NCBI GenBank assembly: GCA_041500865.1
Contig: JBGQMY010000008.1
Span: 1-43,389, forward strand
Direction of reading: 5' to 3'
DNA length: 43,389 bases
Source: Candidatus Micrarchaeia archaeon
Lineage (GTDB): Archaea > Micrarchaeota > Micrarchaeia > Anstonellales > J096
Within the stretch, counting starts at the first letter, position 1; the number at the start of each line of letters is the position of its first letter. The position numbers and the translations under genes are program-made. Below, in pieces: positions 16,850-25,452 of the stretch. The notes under the pieces were generated by a model that worked only from the letters and a program-made list of their open reading frames with translations, made no database searches and had not been told where the DNA came from.

Positions 16850-17256
16850 TATTTCACCGGCCTTCTTGCGCCGCAGCTTTCGCATACTAGCATTTTCGTA
16901 CGCTCTATCGTGACGAGGTTCGTGTCGGGCTTGCCGCACTGCTGGCATATTACGTACTCCTTAACGAAGAAGTCTATCCTCTTCTGCAGGACAGGGCCCA
17001 TGACCCTCCTGTGTATAATCATCCTTTCGCCGTCTATGTCAACCGGGGCGCCCACTTCCCTGGATAGGTACCTTGCGAGCATCACAGGGTCCCTCCTTAT
17101 CGCGTCGCATATCCTCTTGAAGTTCTTGACTATGGTCTTGTTCTTTCCCTCGTTTAGCACGTCGAAGGCAGGGACCTCGAACCTTTCGCCTGAGCCGGCC
17201 TTGTTGACGTTCAGCTTTTCGTATATGTTGTCAAGAAGCTTTCCGTAATCTCCCAT
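16849..17256 (-). CDS. eif2b: Translation initiation factor aIF-2 beta
   Basis: ERFEVP, TIVKNF..I...IRRDP, CQQCGKPDT...CESCGA zinc ribbon. Confidence 0.93.
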   Translation of the reverse strand: MGDYGKLLDNIYEKLNVNKAGSGERFEVPAFDVLNEGKNKTIVKNFKRICDAIRRDPVMLARYLSREVGAPVDIDGERMIIHRRVMGPVLQKRIDFFVKEYVICQQCGKPDTNLVTIERTKMLVCESCGARRPVK

Positions 17257-17315
17257 AATGCACCTTCGCAGGTGGAATTAATAATGGCGAGGGTTTTTAA
17301 GGGTGGCGGCGTCGG

Positions 17316-17963
17316 CTATTTTTTTTTCACGAATTGCGTCTTTGTTTCGTTGAGCTGGTATCCTTCGGCAGGCAAAAACCGGAATTTCAAATGGTATTTG
17401 CTGGCAAGAGTTTCAAAGGACGCATGCATTGCGCCTATGATTTTGTATCCTTTGCGGTATTCGTCAATGTCTTTTGCAAGATTTAACCCAAGAATGCCCG
17501 GTTTCGGGGTTTTGTCTGTCTTCATGATGACAGTATATCCCCTGACTTTTCCGGTCTCCGGCTCCCTGACTGCGATTGCCGCCGCACGTTCGTTTTTCGC
17601 CTCCAAAAACAATTCCATGTCTTTTGGGGACGGAAGCGCGCCATAAGATATTTCTTTGCGTTCCTTGTATTTTGACTCTGGATGGAATAGACCTGGGAAC
17701 ATGGTGTCCAAAGCCGAGCGCCTTTCCTTCGGCAAGGAGGAGAGGTGAGTATGGACGCGCATGCGCTGCTCTTTGGAACCAACCGGAACCTGGATTGACT
17801 GCCTATCGGTGCTTGAATCAATGGTGATGTCTTCCAGCTCTTTACCGCGGAACTTGACGAATGCGTGCTCTAGGTCAGGGTTGGAAGCGGATTCTATTAT
17901 TTCAGTCGGGCTTTTCTTCTTTGCTGCCTTGCCTGCCTTGGATTGCCCACTCGCCTGCTCCAT
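17316..17963 (-). CDS. Hypothetical protein with a JAB/MPN-like metal motif and basic N-terminus
   Basis: E...VHTH...ALPSPKD. ATG 17963 follows the conserved head. Confidence 0.65.
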   Translation of the reverse strand: MEQASGQSKAGKAAKKKSPTEIIESASNPDLEHAFVKFRGKELEDITIDSSTDRQSIQVPVGSKEQRMRVHTHLSSLPKERRSALDTMFPGLFHPESKYKERKEISYGALPSPKDMELFLEAKNERAAAIAVREPETGKVRGYTVIMKTDKTPKPGILGLNLAKDIDEYRKGYKIIGAMHASFETLASKYHLKFRFLPAEGYQLNETKTQFVKKK

Positions 17964-18008
17964 GCCCTTATTGTGCGCAAAAGGGGTTAAAAACAGCTCA
18001 GCAGCGCC
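17961..18008 (-). promoter_or_regulatory. Conserved cassette head with extension
   Basis: GGCGCTGCTGAGCTG-TTTTTAACCCCTTTTGCGCACAATAAGGGC-ATG. Confidence 0.75.
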
Positions 18009-18128
18009 CAAAAATAGTTTTCTTTCCACGAGAGCTTTCTTTTTCGAAAAGAAAAGGGGCTTTAGGAATTCTTTTAAACGTTGGCATCGTAAGACTTCCG
18101 TAACAAACTGCCATTGGGGTGCGCACTT

Positions 18129-18782
18129 ATGCCTTTGCTTGACGAAAACACGAAAAAAGAGGTAAAAAACTTCCTCAACGGGATGGAAAGCAGGATAAAA
18201 ATCGTATTTTTCGACAGCGGGGACGGGTGCGCCTACTGCGGCGAAATAGGCATGCTGCTTGACGAGATAAAGGAATCAACCGACAAGATAGAGGTGGAAA
18301 GGCACAACATAAGCGACAAGGCCGCGGCAGAGAAGCACGGGGCGGACAAGGCGCCATTGATAATCTTTGAGGGAAAAAACAAGGGCCGTGTCATGTTTTA
18401 TGGCATACCGTCAGGCCACGAGTTCGGCGGGTTCCTTGCCACAATCGTGGAAGTCTCAAAAGGCGACACGATAGAGTTCAACGACGACATGAAGAAGCAG
18501 ATTGCGTCCATAGGCGTTCCGCTGAGGCTGGACGTTTTTGTCACGCCGCAGTGCCCGTACTGCCCTGGCGCAGTGAGGCTTGCGCAGGCAATGGCGATAT
18601 TGAACAAGAACGTCACTGGCTGTGGGGTTGAAGCTATTGAATTCAGCGAATGGGCGGACAAGAACAGCGTGAGGAGCGTCCCGAGGACGATAGTGGCCGC
18701 GAACGGCAAGACAATCGTTGCGGTTGACGGGGCGCTTGCGCCTGACATGCTGCTCAACAGGGTGCTCGGAGCGCTTGAGTAA
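18129..18782 (+). CDS. Protein disulfide oxidoreductase (two thioredoxin folds)
   Basis: CAYC and CPYC motifs, FYGIPSGHEF. Confidence 0.9.
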   Translation: MPLLDENTKKEVKNFLNGMESRIKIVFFDSGDGCAYCGEIGMLLDEIKESTDKIEVERHNISDKAAAEKHGADKAPLIIFEGKNKGRVMFYGIPSGHEFGGFLATIVEVSKGDTIEFNDDMKKQIASIGVPLRLDVFVTPQCPYCPGAVRLAQAMAILNKNVTGCGVEAIEFSEWADKNSVRSVPRTIVAANGKTIVAVDGALAPDMLLNRVLGALE

Positions 18783-18783
18783 G

Positions 18784-19866
18784 ATGCTCCCTGAAGCCGC
18801 CAAAACCGTAAATGAGAACGGCTCCGAATTCTATGTAGGCAAGGGCATCTTCTACAACCCATTCATGGAGCTCAGCAGGACGCTTTCCTCGCTTGCCATA
18901 AGGGAAATAGGCGACAGGCTCAGCGTGCTTGACGCGTTCGCGGCATCCGGCATACGGGGCATGCGCTATGCGCTGGAATGCAAGAATGTTGAAAGCGTTG
19001 ATTTCGTGGACGCAGACCCCAATGCCATAAAATCGATAAGGAAGAACATCAAGAGGCACGGCATAAACGGAAAGGCGATAAACTCGGACGCAATAGGGTA
19101 CATGCTCGGCAAAGGGGACAGAAAATACAATTTCGTGGATTTGGACCCGTTCGGCAGCCCAGCCCCGTTCCTGCATTCCGCAATCCGCTCAATGAGAAAG
19201 AACAAGGTCGCCTACATTTCGGCTACTGCAACCGACACCGCAGTGCTTTGCGGGACGCATCCAAAGCCGTGCATAAAGAATTACCACGCGAAGCCCATGC
19301 GTAACGAGTTCTGCCACGAGACTGGGCTGAGGATACTGATTAAGCGGACTATGGAAAGCGCGCATGAGTTCAACTTCGGGATAGAGCCGCTGCTTTGTTT
19401 CTATTATAGGCACCAGATGAAAATCATACTGCGGCTGAGGCGCGGGGCGGAGCACTGCGACGCCAACCTTGAAAACATCGGCTACGTGTTTTCGCTTGAC
19501 AAAAACGCCGTCTTCGTGAAAACGTCAAAGAAGCCGATAATCGGAAAAAAATACTATGACTACGCGGGCCCGCTCTGGATGGGCGACCTTGCTGAAAGGG
19601 GCATGGCCAAAAAGGCGCTGAAGAACGCGGGCGGCGAGGCAAGGCGCATGCTTGAATTGATAATCGGGGAAATCGGGTATCCGCCGTTCTTCCTTTCGCT
19701 TTCAGACGCTTCAAGAGCCAGGAAAAAAAGCCCGCCAAAGACCGAAGACGTGATATCAAACTTCAAAAAGCTTGGCGGGAGCGCTGTAAAGACGCATTTT
19801 GACAGGCGCGGTATAAAGTACAAAGGGGATGCAGAAAAGATTGTTGAGGCATTTGACAGGTCATAG
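18784..19866 (+). CDS. trm1: tRNA (guanine26-N2)-dimethyltransferase
   Basis: FYNP.M..SR, DAFAASGIRGMRY, DLDPFGSP, TATD, GPLW.G, THF. Confidence 0.93.
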   Translation: MLPEAAKTVNENGSEFYVGKGIFYNPFMELSRTLSSLAIREIGDRLSVLDAFAASGIRGMRYALECKNVESVDFVDADPNAIKSIRKNIKRHGINGKAINSDAIGYMLGKGDRKYNFVDLDPFGSPAPFLHSAIRSMRKNKVAYISATATDTAVLCGTHPKPCIKNYHAKPMRNEFCHETGLRILIKRTMESAHEFNFGIEPLLCFYYRHQMKIILRLRRGAEHCDANLENIGYVFSLDKNAVFVKTSKKPIIGKKYYDYAGPLWMGDLAERGMAKKALKNAGGEARRMLELIIGEIGYPPFFLSLSDASRARKKSPPKTEDVISNFKKLGGSAVKTHFDRRGIKYKGDAEKIVEAFDRS

Positions 19867-20589
19867 GCCTTTGACTATCGCGGCAGCCCCTTTGAGGTCC
19901 TTTGCGCAATAGGTTGCGCTTTTGTCCTCCTTTCCGACAAGGATGCTCCTGCATCCGTAGGCGTTCGCCATGCTTATGTCGGTTTGGGGGTTGTCGCCGA
20001 TTACGAGTATCTCGTTTTTGCCTGCCTTTTCCTTTTGCGCGATGAAGTCCAGCATCGTGGTGCCCGGCTTGCCAAGCAGGATGGGCTTCTGGCCAGAAAG
20101 GTACTCAAACGAGCCGACAAGGTAGCCGACGCCTGGCGTGGGCCTGCCGAATATGGGGTAAAACGAGTCTATGCCAAGCGCGTAGAGCCTCGCGCCCTGC
20201 CTGAGCAGCCTTGCCGCAGTCGTTATGTTTGAGAACTTCGGATTTTTTGTGTAGCCTACGAACACCGCGTCCGCCTTGTTGCTGTCAATCGCAGCCCCGG
20301 CGTTTGAGATATACTGCTCAAGCACGAAGTTGCCGATGTAGAACGCCCTTCTTATCCTGTCCCTTTTGATTACGTATTCCACCATGGACAGCGTTGAAAG
20401 GATGTTTGAAGTAGGAACGTCAACAGGATAGATTTTCTCCACCATCTGTATGGCTGATTGGGTGGAATTGTTGGACATGATGTAGACTTTTCCCTTGGTC
20501 TTGAGGTATTCTATGAACTCCTTTGCGCCTTCAACCGCGCCCGCGCCTTCCTGGAAAATGGTCCCGTCGATATCCACAACGAATATCAT
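19861..20589 (-). CDS. HAD-IIA (NagD-like) phosphatase
   Basis: DIDGT, SNNS, GKP, GDNPQTDI. Confidence 0.9.
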   Translation of the reverse strand: MIFVVDIDGTIFQEGAGAVEGAKEFIEYLKTKGKVYIMSNNSTQSAIQMVEKIYPVDVPTSNILSTLSMVEYVIKRDRIRRAFYIGNFVLEQYISNAGAAIDSNKADAVFVGYTKNPKFSNITTAARLLRQGARLYALGIDSFYPIFGRPTPGVGYLVGSFEYLSGQKPILLGKPGTTMLDFIAQKEKAGKNEILVIGDNPQTDISMANAYGCRSILVGKEDKSATYCAKDLKGAAAIVKGL

Positions 20590-20629
20590 TGCTGATGTGT
20601 GAAAGGGAAAAAATTTAAAGGGGGCGCCT

Positions 20630-21934
20630 TTACCTCAGCAAGGAGAAAATCCTGCCAAACAGCTTGGAAGAGAATCTGGAGCCTGGGAAGTCGTAGGTTG
20701 ACATGTAATCCGAAAACGTTTCAGCCCTCCTTATCATCCTGAACCTGTCTTCCTCGCCCATAAGGAACTCAGCGCACCTGAGCTTGCCGTTGTACTGGAA
20801 TCCCATGGCATAGCCGTGCCCGCCTACTTCACGTATTACAACGACGTCGCCAGGCACAATCTCAGGCAATTCCCTGTCAATCGCGAACATGTCGTTGTTC
20901 TCGCAAAGGGAGCCGGTAACGTCGTATTTGTGGTTCCTTGGCATGCCCTCCTTTCCCATGACGATTATGTGGTGGTATGCCCCGTAAAGCGCCGGCCTCA
21001 TCAGGTTTGCCATGCAGGCGTCCAATCCGACAAAATCCTTGTGCTTCTTTGTGACGTGCCTGACAGTTGAGACAAGGTAGCCGTGCGGTCCCGTAATAAG
21101 CCGTCCGCATTCCATGAACAGCCTGGGCATCGGCTCAATGACGCCTTCAAGCCTGGAAAACTCCTTTCTTATCCCTTCGGAAACAAACTCAAGATTGACG
21201 CCGTCCTGCCTCGGCAGATAGGGAATTCCGATTCCGCCGCCCCTGTTGATGAATTCCAGATTTATTGAAAATTCTTTTTTCAGCCTTAGCTGGATTTCAA
21301 CGAGCATCCTCATTTCTTCAATGAAATGCGATGGATCCAAATCATTGGACGTCACCATCGTATGCAGGCCGAACCTGCGTATGCCTTTGGAAAGTGCCAT
21401 GCCGTACGCCTTGAAAAGCTGGTCATAGGTCAGACCATACTTTGCATTCTCAGGCTTGCCTATGATGATGTTCCCTTCCACAAGCTTGCCCGGATTGTAC
21501 CTAAAACAGATTATGTCAGGAAGCCCTGCATGCCTTTCAAGGAAATCAAGGTGCGTGATGTCGTCTAGATTGATTATCGCGCCAAGCTTTTTCGCATACC
21601 TGAATTCCTCGGCAGGCGTGTCGTTGGACGTGAACATGATGTTTTCCCCTATTATGCCGAGCATTTTCGCTATCTTCAGCTCAGGCAATGAGCTGCAGTC
21701 AGCGCCAAAGCCCTCCTGCTTCAGCAGTTCCACGATATACGGGTTGGGGCATGCCTTGACTGCAAAATAGTTCTTGAATCCTCCCTGAACCCAGGAAAAC
21801 GCGCCATTAAGCCGCCTTGCGGTCTCCTTTATTCCCTTCTCGTGGTAAATGTAGAACGGCGTGGGGTGTTTCTCCGCAAGCCTCATGACCTGTTGCTTCG
21901 TGAACGGCAGCGTTTTTTCAGGCATCATAATCAC
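20630..21934 (-). CDS. lysA: Diaminopimelate decarboxylase
   Basis: TPFYIY, FAVKA, GGGIG, ECGR, RPALYGAYH, GSLCENND. Directly downstream of dapL. Confidence 0.92.
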   Translation of the reverse strand: MIMMPEKTLPFTKQQVMRLAEKHPTPFYIYHEKGIKETARRLNGAFSWVQGGFKNYFAVKACPNPYIVELLKQEGFGADCSSLPELKIAKMLGIIGENIMFTSNDTPAEEFRYAKKLGAIINLDDITHLDFLERHAGLPDIICFRYNPGKLVEGNIIIGKPENAKYGLTYDQLFKAYGMALSKGIRRFGLHTMVTSNDLDPSHFIEEMRMLVEIQLRLKKEFSINLEFINRGGGIGIPYLPRQDGVNLEFVSEGIRKEFSRLEGVIEPMPRLFMECGRLITGPHGYLVSTVRHVTKKHKDFVGLDACMANLMRPALYGAYHHIIVMGKEGMPRNHKYDVTGSLCENNDMFAIDRELPEIVPGDVVVIREVGGHGYAMGFQYNGKLRCAEFLMGEEDRFRMIRRAETFSDYMSTYDFPGSRFSSKLFGRIFSLLR

Positions 21935-23196
21935 AGCTTCAAGTTTGACGTTATGCTTTCAACGCCGGCAAGGATGTCTTCCCTCATGCCGAATGCGCTG
22001 ACCCTGAAATACCCTTCCCCGCTTGGCCCGAACCCTGAGCCAGGCGTTATGACGACGTGCGCCTCATCTAGCATCTTGTCAAAGAACTCCCAGGATTTCA
22101 TGCTGTTTGGCGTCATCACCCAAAGGAAAGGCGAGTTTTTCCCGCCATAGACCGTAAAGCCAAGCTTGGTGAAGCAATTTGCCAATATCCTTGCGTTTTC
22201 CATGTAATAGTCAATCAGCCCCTGGCTTTCCTCAATGCCCTTGTCTGCCAGGGCGCCGAGCCCTCCTTCCTGGGCGATATTTGAAGCCCCGTTGAAGAAG
22301 GTGCACTGCCTCCTGTTCCACATGCTCCATGCGGTGTGGATATCCCCTGGCTTTGAATCCGCAGTTATGAGGGTCTTGGGAACGATGGACCAGCCCAGCC
22401 TCACGCCAGTGAAGCCTGCCCATTTTGAGAAGCTGCTGATTTCAATCGCGCACTCGCTTGCGCCGCTTATCTCGTAGATGCTCCTTGGCAGCCAGGAATT
22501 TTTTATGTATATTGAATATGCCGAGTCAAACAGTATGACGGCTTTTTCAGCCCTCGCATATTCAACAAACTTCTTCAGCTGCGCGTTTGTCGCGACAGCG
22601 CCTGTCGGGTTGTTCGGGCTGCAGATGTATATCAGGTCAACGTGCTGTTTCGGAAGGGCCGGGAAAAACCCGTTTGAGCTGTTGCACGGCATGTACACGA
22701 TTCCGGAATAGCACGAAAGGTCAATATTGAATTCGCCGGACCTCCCTGACGCCACGTTCGTGTCAACATAGACAGGGTATACCGGATCCTGCACAGCAAC
22801 AATGTTGCTTGTGTCGAATATTGATTGTATATTTCCTGAATCGCATTTCGCCCCGTCGCTTACGAAAATCTCTGTTGGGTCAACCTTGACCAATCTTGTT
22901 TTAGCGTAATATTGTGATATTGCCTTCCTCAGCTCCGTGTTTCCCTGCTCGTCCCCATAGCCGGTGTATGTCTTCTGGTCTGCAAGCTTGTCAATGCCCT
23001 TATGCATGTGCTCAACAACGGTTGCGGTCAAAGGCAGCGCCGTGTCCCCGATGCCGAGCCGGATTATCCTTGTGCCCTCGTGCCCTGCAGCAAATGCGTT
23101 CACCCTCTTTTTTATCTGGGGAAAAAGATAGCCTGCCGCAAGCTTCCTGTAATGCGGGTTCAGCCTTGCCCCTGTTGCGACGGTCTGTTCTGCCAT
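21931..23196 (-). CDS. dapL: LL-diaminopimelate aminotransferase
   Basis: GYLF, LGIGD, GYG.EQG, VSDGAKCD, DPVYPVYVD, SFSK.AGFTGVRLGW, WNRRQCT.FNG. Confidence 0.93.
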   Translation of the reverse strand: MAEQTVATGARLNPHYRKLAAGYLFPQIKKRVNAFAAGHEGTRIIRLGIGDTALPLTATVVEHMHKGIDKLADQKTYTGYGDEQGNTELRKAISQYYAKTRLVKVDPTEIFVSDGAKCDSGNIQSIFDTSNIVAVQDPVYPVYVDTNVASGRSGEFNIDLSCYSGIVYMPCNSSNGFFPALPKQHVDLIYICSPNNPTGAVATNAQLKKFVEYARAEKAVILFDSAYSIYIKNSWLPRSIYEISGASECAIEISSFSKWAGFTGVRLGWSIVPKTLITADSKPGDIHTAWSMWNRRQCTFFNGASNIAQEGGLGALADKGIEESQGLIDYYMENARILANCFTKLGFTVYGGKNSPFLWVMTPNSMKSWEFFDKMLDEAHVVITPGSGFGPSGEGYFRVSAFGMREDILAGVESITSNLKL

Positions 23197-23257
23197 AATA
23201 ATACCTTTCTGATAACTATCCTAATAGTGTTTAAAAATATATCCTTGGGTGTTTTGA

Positions 23258-23331
23258 TGGGCCCGCTGGGAGTTGGACCCAGGACCTTTCGATTATCAGT
23301 CGAACGCTCTACCAGGCTGAGCTACGAGCCC
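23258..23331 (-). tRNA. tRNA-Ile (GAU)
   Basis: GGGCTCG/CGGGCCC acceptor stem, D-arm GCTC/GAGC, anticodon arm TTCGA-CTGATAA-TCGAA, T-arm CTGGG/CCCAG. No encoded CCA. Confidence 0.92.
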
Positions 23332-23475
23332 CATCTTTCGTCTGTCTTGGCTCGGAGCGATTTGGCCGCTTTTTCCAAGGCCAAACTGAGCTACGAGCCC
23401 CATCTTTCGTCTGTCTTGGCTCGGAGCGATTTGGCCGCTTTTTCCAAGGCCAAACTGAGCTACGAGCCCCATCTT
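23317..23475 (-). repeat. 69-bp tandem repeat (2.3 copies) containing the tRNA-Ile 5' end
   Basis: ctgagctacgagccccatctt occurs at 23317, 23386 and 23455, separated by identical 48-bp spacers. Confidence 0.95.
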
Positions 23476-23557
23476 GCTGTATAAACACCAATAACGTGCG
23501 GGAAAAGGTTTTTAATACGGGATTACTGTTTAAAACGGCCCAATCCCATACCCTATC

Positions 23558-23902
23558 ATGAAGGCGCTTGAGGCAACGGTTTCCCTTATGCTGCTCATTG
23601 CCATGCTTCCGCTTGTGCCGATGCTGTATAACGGAGACGACAGGCGCGCTGCGCAGTACGCCATAGCCAATGACATGCTCTCAACGCTCTATGCCAGGCA
23701 TGGCGCAGGCATGTTCTATTGCGCAAATCCGCTTGGGCTGGAGGCTGACATAGCCAACATGTCTGAAAGCACGGGGCTATGCATCTCTTATGAGACGCCG
23801 TCCTGCAGCCTGGAGTCAGGATGCACTGGCAGCGAAAGGGAGTCTGTTTCAGTGAACCACGATTCAATTGTAGGAAATGTAAGGTTGAGTGTGAAGCGCT
23901 AA
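23558..23902 (+). CDS. Small membrane-anchored hypothetical protein (possibly pilin-associated)
   Basis: N-terminal LEA plus hydrophobic helix, four Cys, TATA-like tttaaaa about 22 nt upstream. Confidence 0.6.
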   Translation: MKALEATVSLMLLIAMLPLVPMLYNGDDRRAAQYAIANDMLSTLYARHGAGMFYCANPLGLEADIANMSESTGLCISYETPSCSLESGCTGSERESVSVNHDSIVGNVRLSVKR

Positions 23903-23945
23903 AACATTTAAAAACACGTTATCCCCAATAGGAAAGCGTGATATT

Positions 23946-25304
23946 ATGCCGACTTCCAACGAAATCATGGACAAGATAAACGCAAACGGGATAAAATGGC
24001 TGAATTTGCAGTTCATTGACATTTTTGGCTCAATAAGGGAGGTCTCGATAAACAGGGAGCTCATTTCAGCCAATGACATCGACAAGGGAATGGAGACTGA
24101 CACCATAGGCAACGTCTTCAACGACGACTACTACGAGAAGCTGATATTGGTTCCGGACTTGGACACTTACGTTGACATGGGCGACAGGAATGCACGGCTA
24201 ATCTGCAGGATACAGAAAACCGACAACACCAGGCACCTCAAGGACCCGATTTACGCCGCCGACAGGCTCAAGATGAACGCAGAGGCGCTCGGCATAAGCC
24301 AGTTCAGCATCAAGCAGAGGGTTGAGTTCTACGTATTTGACAGGTACGGCGTAGACCGGACGTACAAGGAAGGCGGCTCGGCAGTCACGCTCGGAAGCAA
24401 GGAAAGCAAGTGGACGCCCAACGCCCCGATACTCGAGAACATGAACAGCGCATCATTCCCGAACGACCTTTACAACGGCATAAGGCAGCAGATATGCCAA
24501 GTATACTCACAATTCGGCTATGCCGTTGAAAGGCACATGCACGGCAAGAACAGCAGCTCGCACCAGGCCATGTCCATAAAGGACAGCGACTTCATCACCT
24601 CGGCGTACGCATTCACGTCGTTCAAGCAGGTGGCAAGGACAGTGGGCTTCCTGAACGGGGTTAACGCCACGTTCATGCCCATGCCGATACCCTCGGAAAA
24701 GGGCAGCGGCCTTGAGCTTGAGATAGCGGCAAAGGGCGAGAAGGACGAAAACTTGTTCTACGACAAGAAGGCCGGGCTGAGCGACAACGCAAGGTACTTC
24801 ATTGGGGGCATACTGGAGCACATGAAGGCCATAATGCTCTTCACCAATCCGACCACGAACTCATACAAGAGGTTCTACGAGGACCCCAAATACATATCCT
24901 GGGGCAATGCGGACAAGTCCAACGCGATATTCGTCGACACGTCAGCCAAGGACATGAGGATAGTCGCGACGTTCCCTGACCCGATGCTCAACCCGTTCAT
25001 CGCCTATTCTGTCATAGTGGCGGCAGGGCTTGACGGCGTGAAGAAGAAGACCGAGCCAAAGATGGAAATGCTGACTGAAAGGCCTTCCGCATTGGGCTCA
25101 AAGGAAAGGCAGAAGCTCAAGGTCGAGGAGTTCCCAAGGGAGCTGATGACGACGATAGAGGCCATGGAGAACGACGTTGAGTTCGTCAAGGGGGTCATAA
25201 CGCCTGAGCTGCTTGTCGATTACCTTGAGCAGAAGATAAAGGAGCAGAGGATGGGAAGCATGATACCGAACTCCTACGAGTTTGACCAGTACTTCCATCT
25301 TTGA
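23946..25304 (+). CDS. Glutamine synthetase type I homologue with degenerate active site
   Basis: LQFIDIFG, PDLDT, ATFMPMP, FIGGILEH, NPTTNSYKR, PD...NP..A, AAGLDG give the GS fold; catalytic residues are substituted. Confidence 0.85.
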   Translation: MPTSNEIMDKINANGIKWLNLQFIDIFGSIREVSINRELISANDIDKGMETDTIGNVFNDDYYEKLILVPDLDTYVDMGDRNARLICRIQKTDNTRHLKDPIYAADRLKMNAEALGISQFSIKQRVEFYVFDRYGVDRTYKEGGSAVTLGSKESKWTPNAPILENMNSASFPNDLYNGIRQQICQVYSQFGYAVERHMHGKNSSSHQAMSIKDSDFITSAYAFTSFKQVARTVGFLNGVNATFMPMPIPSEKGSGLELEIAAKGEKDENLFYDKKAGLSDNARYFIGGILEHMKAIMLFTNPTTNSYKRFYEDPKYISWGNADKSNAIFVDTSAKDMRIVATFPDPMLNPFIAYSVIVAAGLDGVKKKTEPKMEMLTERPSALGSKERQKLKVEEFPRELMTTIEAMENDVEFVKGVITPELLVDYLEQKIKEQRMGSMIPNSYEFDQYFHL

Positions 25305-25326
25305 CTTTTGTTTTTTTATCTTTATT
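25305..25326 (+). terminator. Oligo-T archaeal terminator
   Basis: cttttgtttttttatctttatt directly after the stop. Confidence 0.5.
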
Positions 25327-25452
25327 AGCCCGGTCAGTAAGTCAACTGGCAACGAGGTCTAAATAGGTTTAAAAAGCAAGGATGGAGATATAATAGATGT
25401 TGGATGATATATACCGCATATGGAAATATAGGGCCAAAAACGGGTTGGAAAA

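Noticed and set aside
18035..18056. Inverted repeat ctttctttttcgaaaagaaaag
   Set aside because: Imperfect and low-complexity; may be regulatory but cannot be supported.
20630..23331. Integrated element at tRNA-Ile
   Set aside because: No integrase and no duplicate of the tRNA 3' end seen in the window.
23317..23475. CRISPR array (21-bp repeat x3)
   Set aside because: The spacers are identical, the repeat is the tRNA 5' end, and no cas genes are present.
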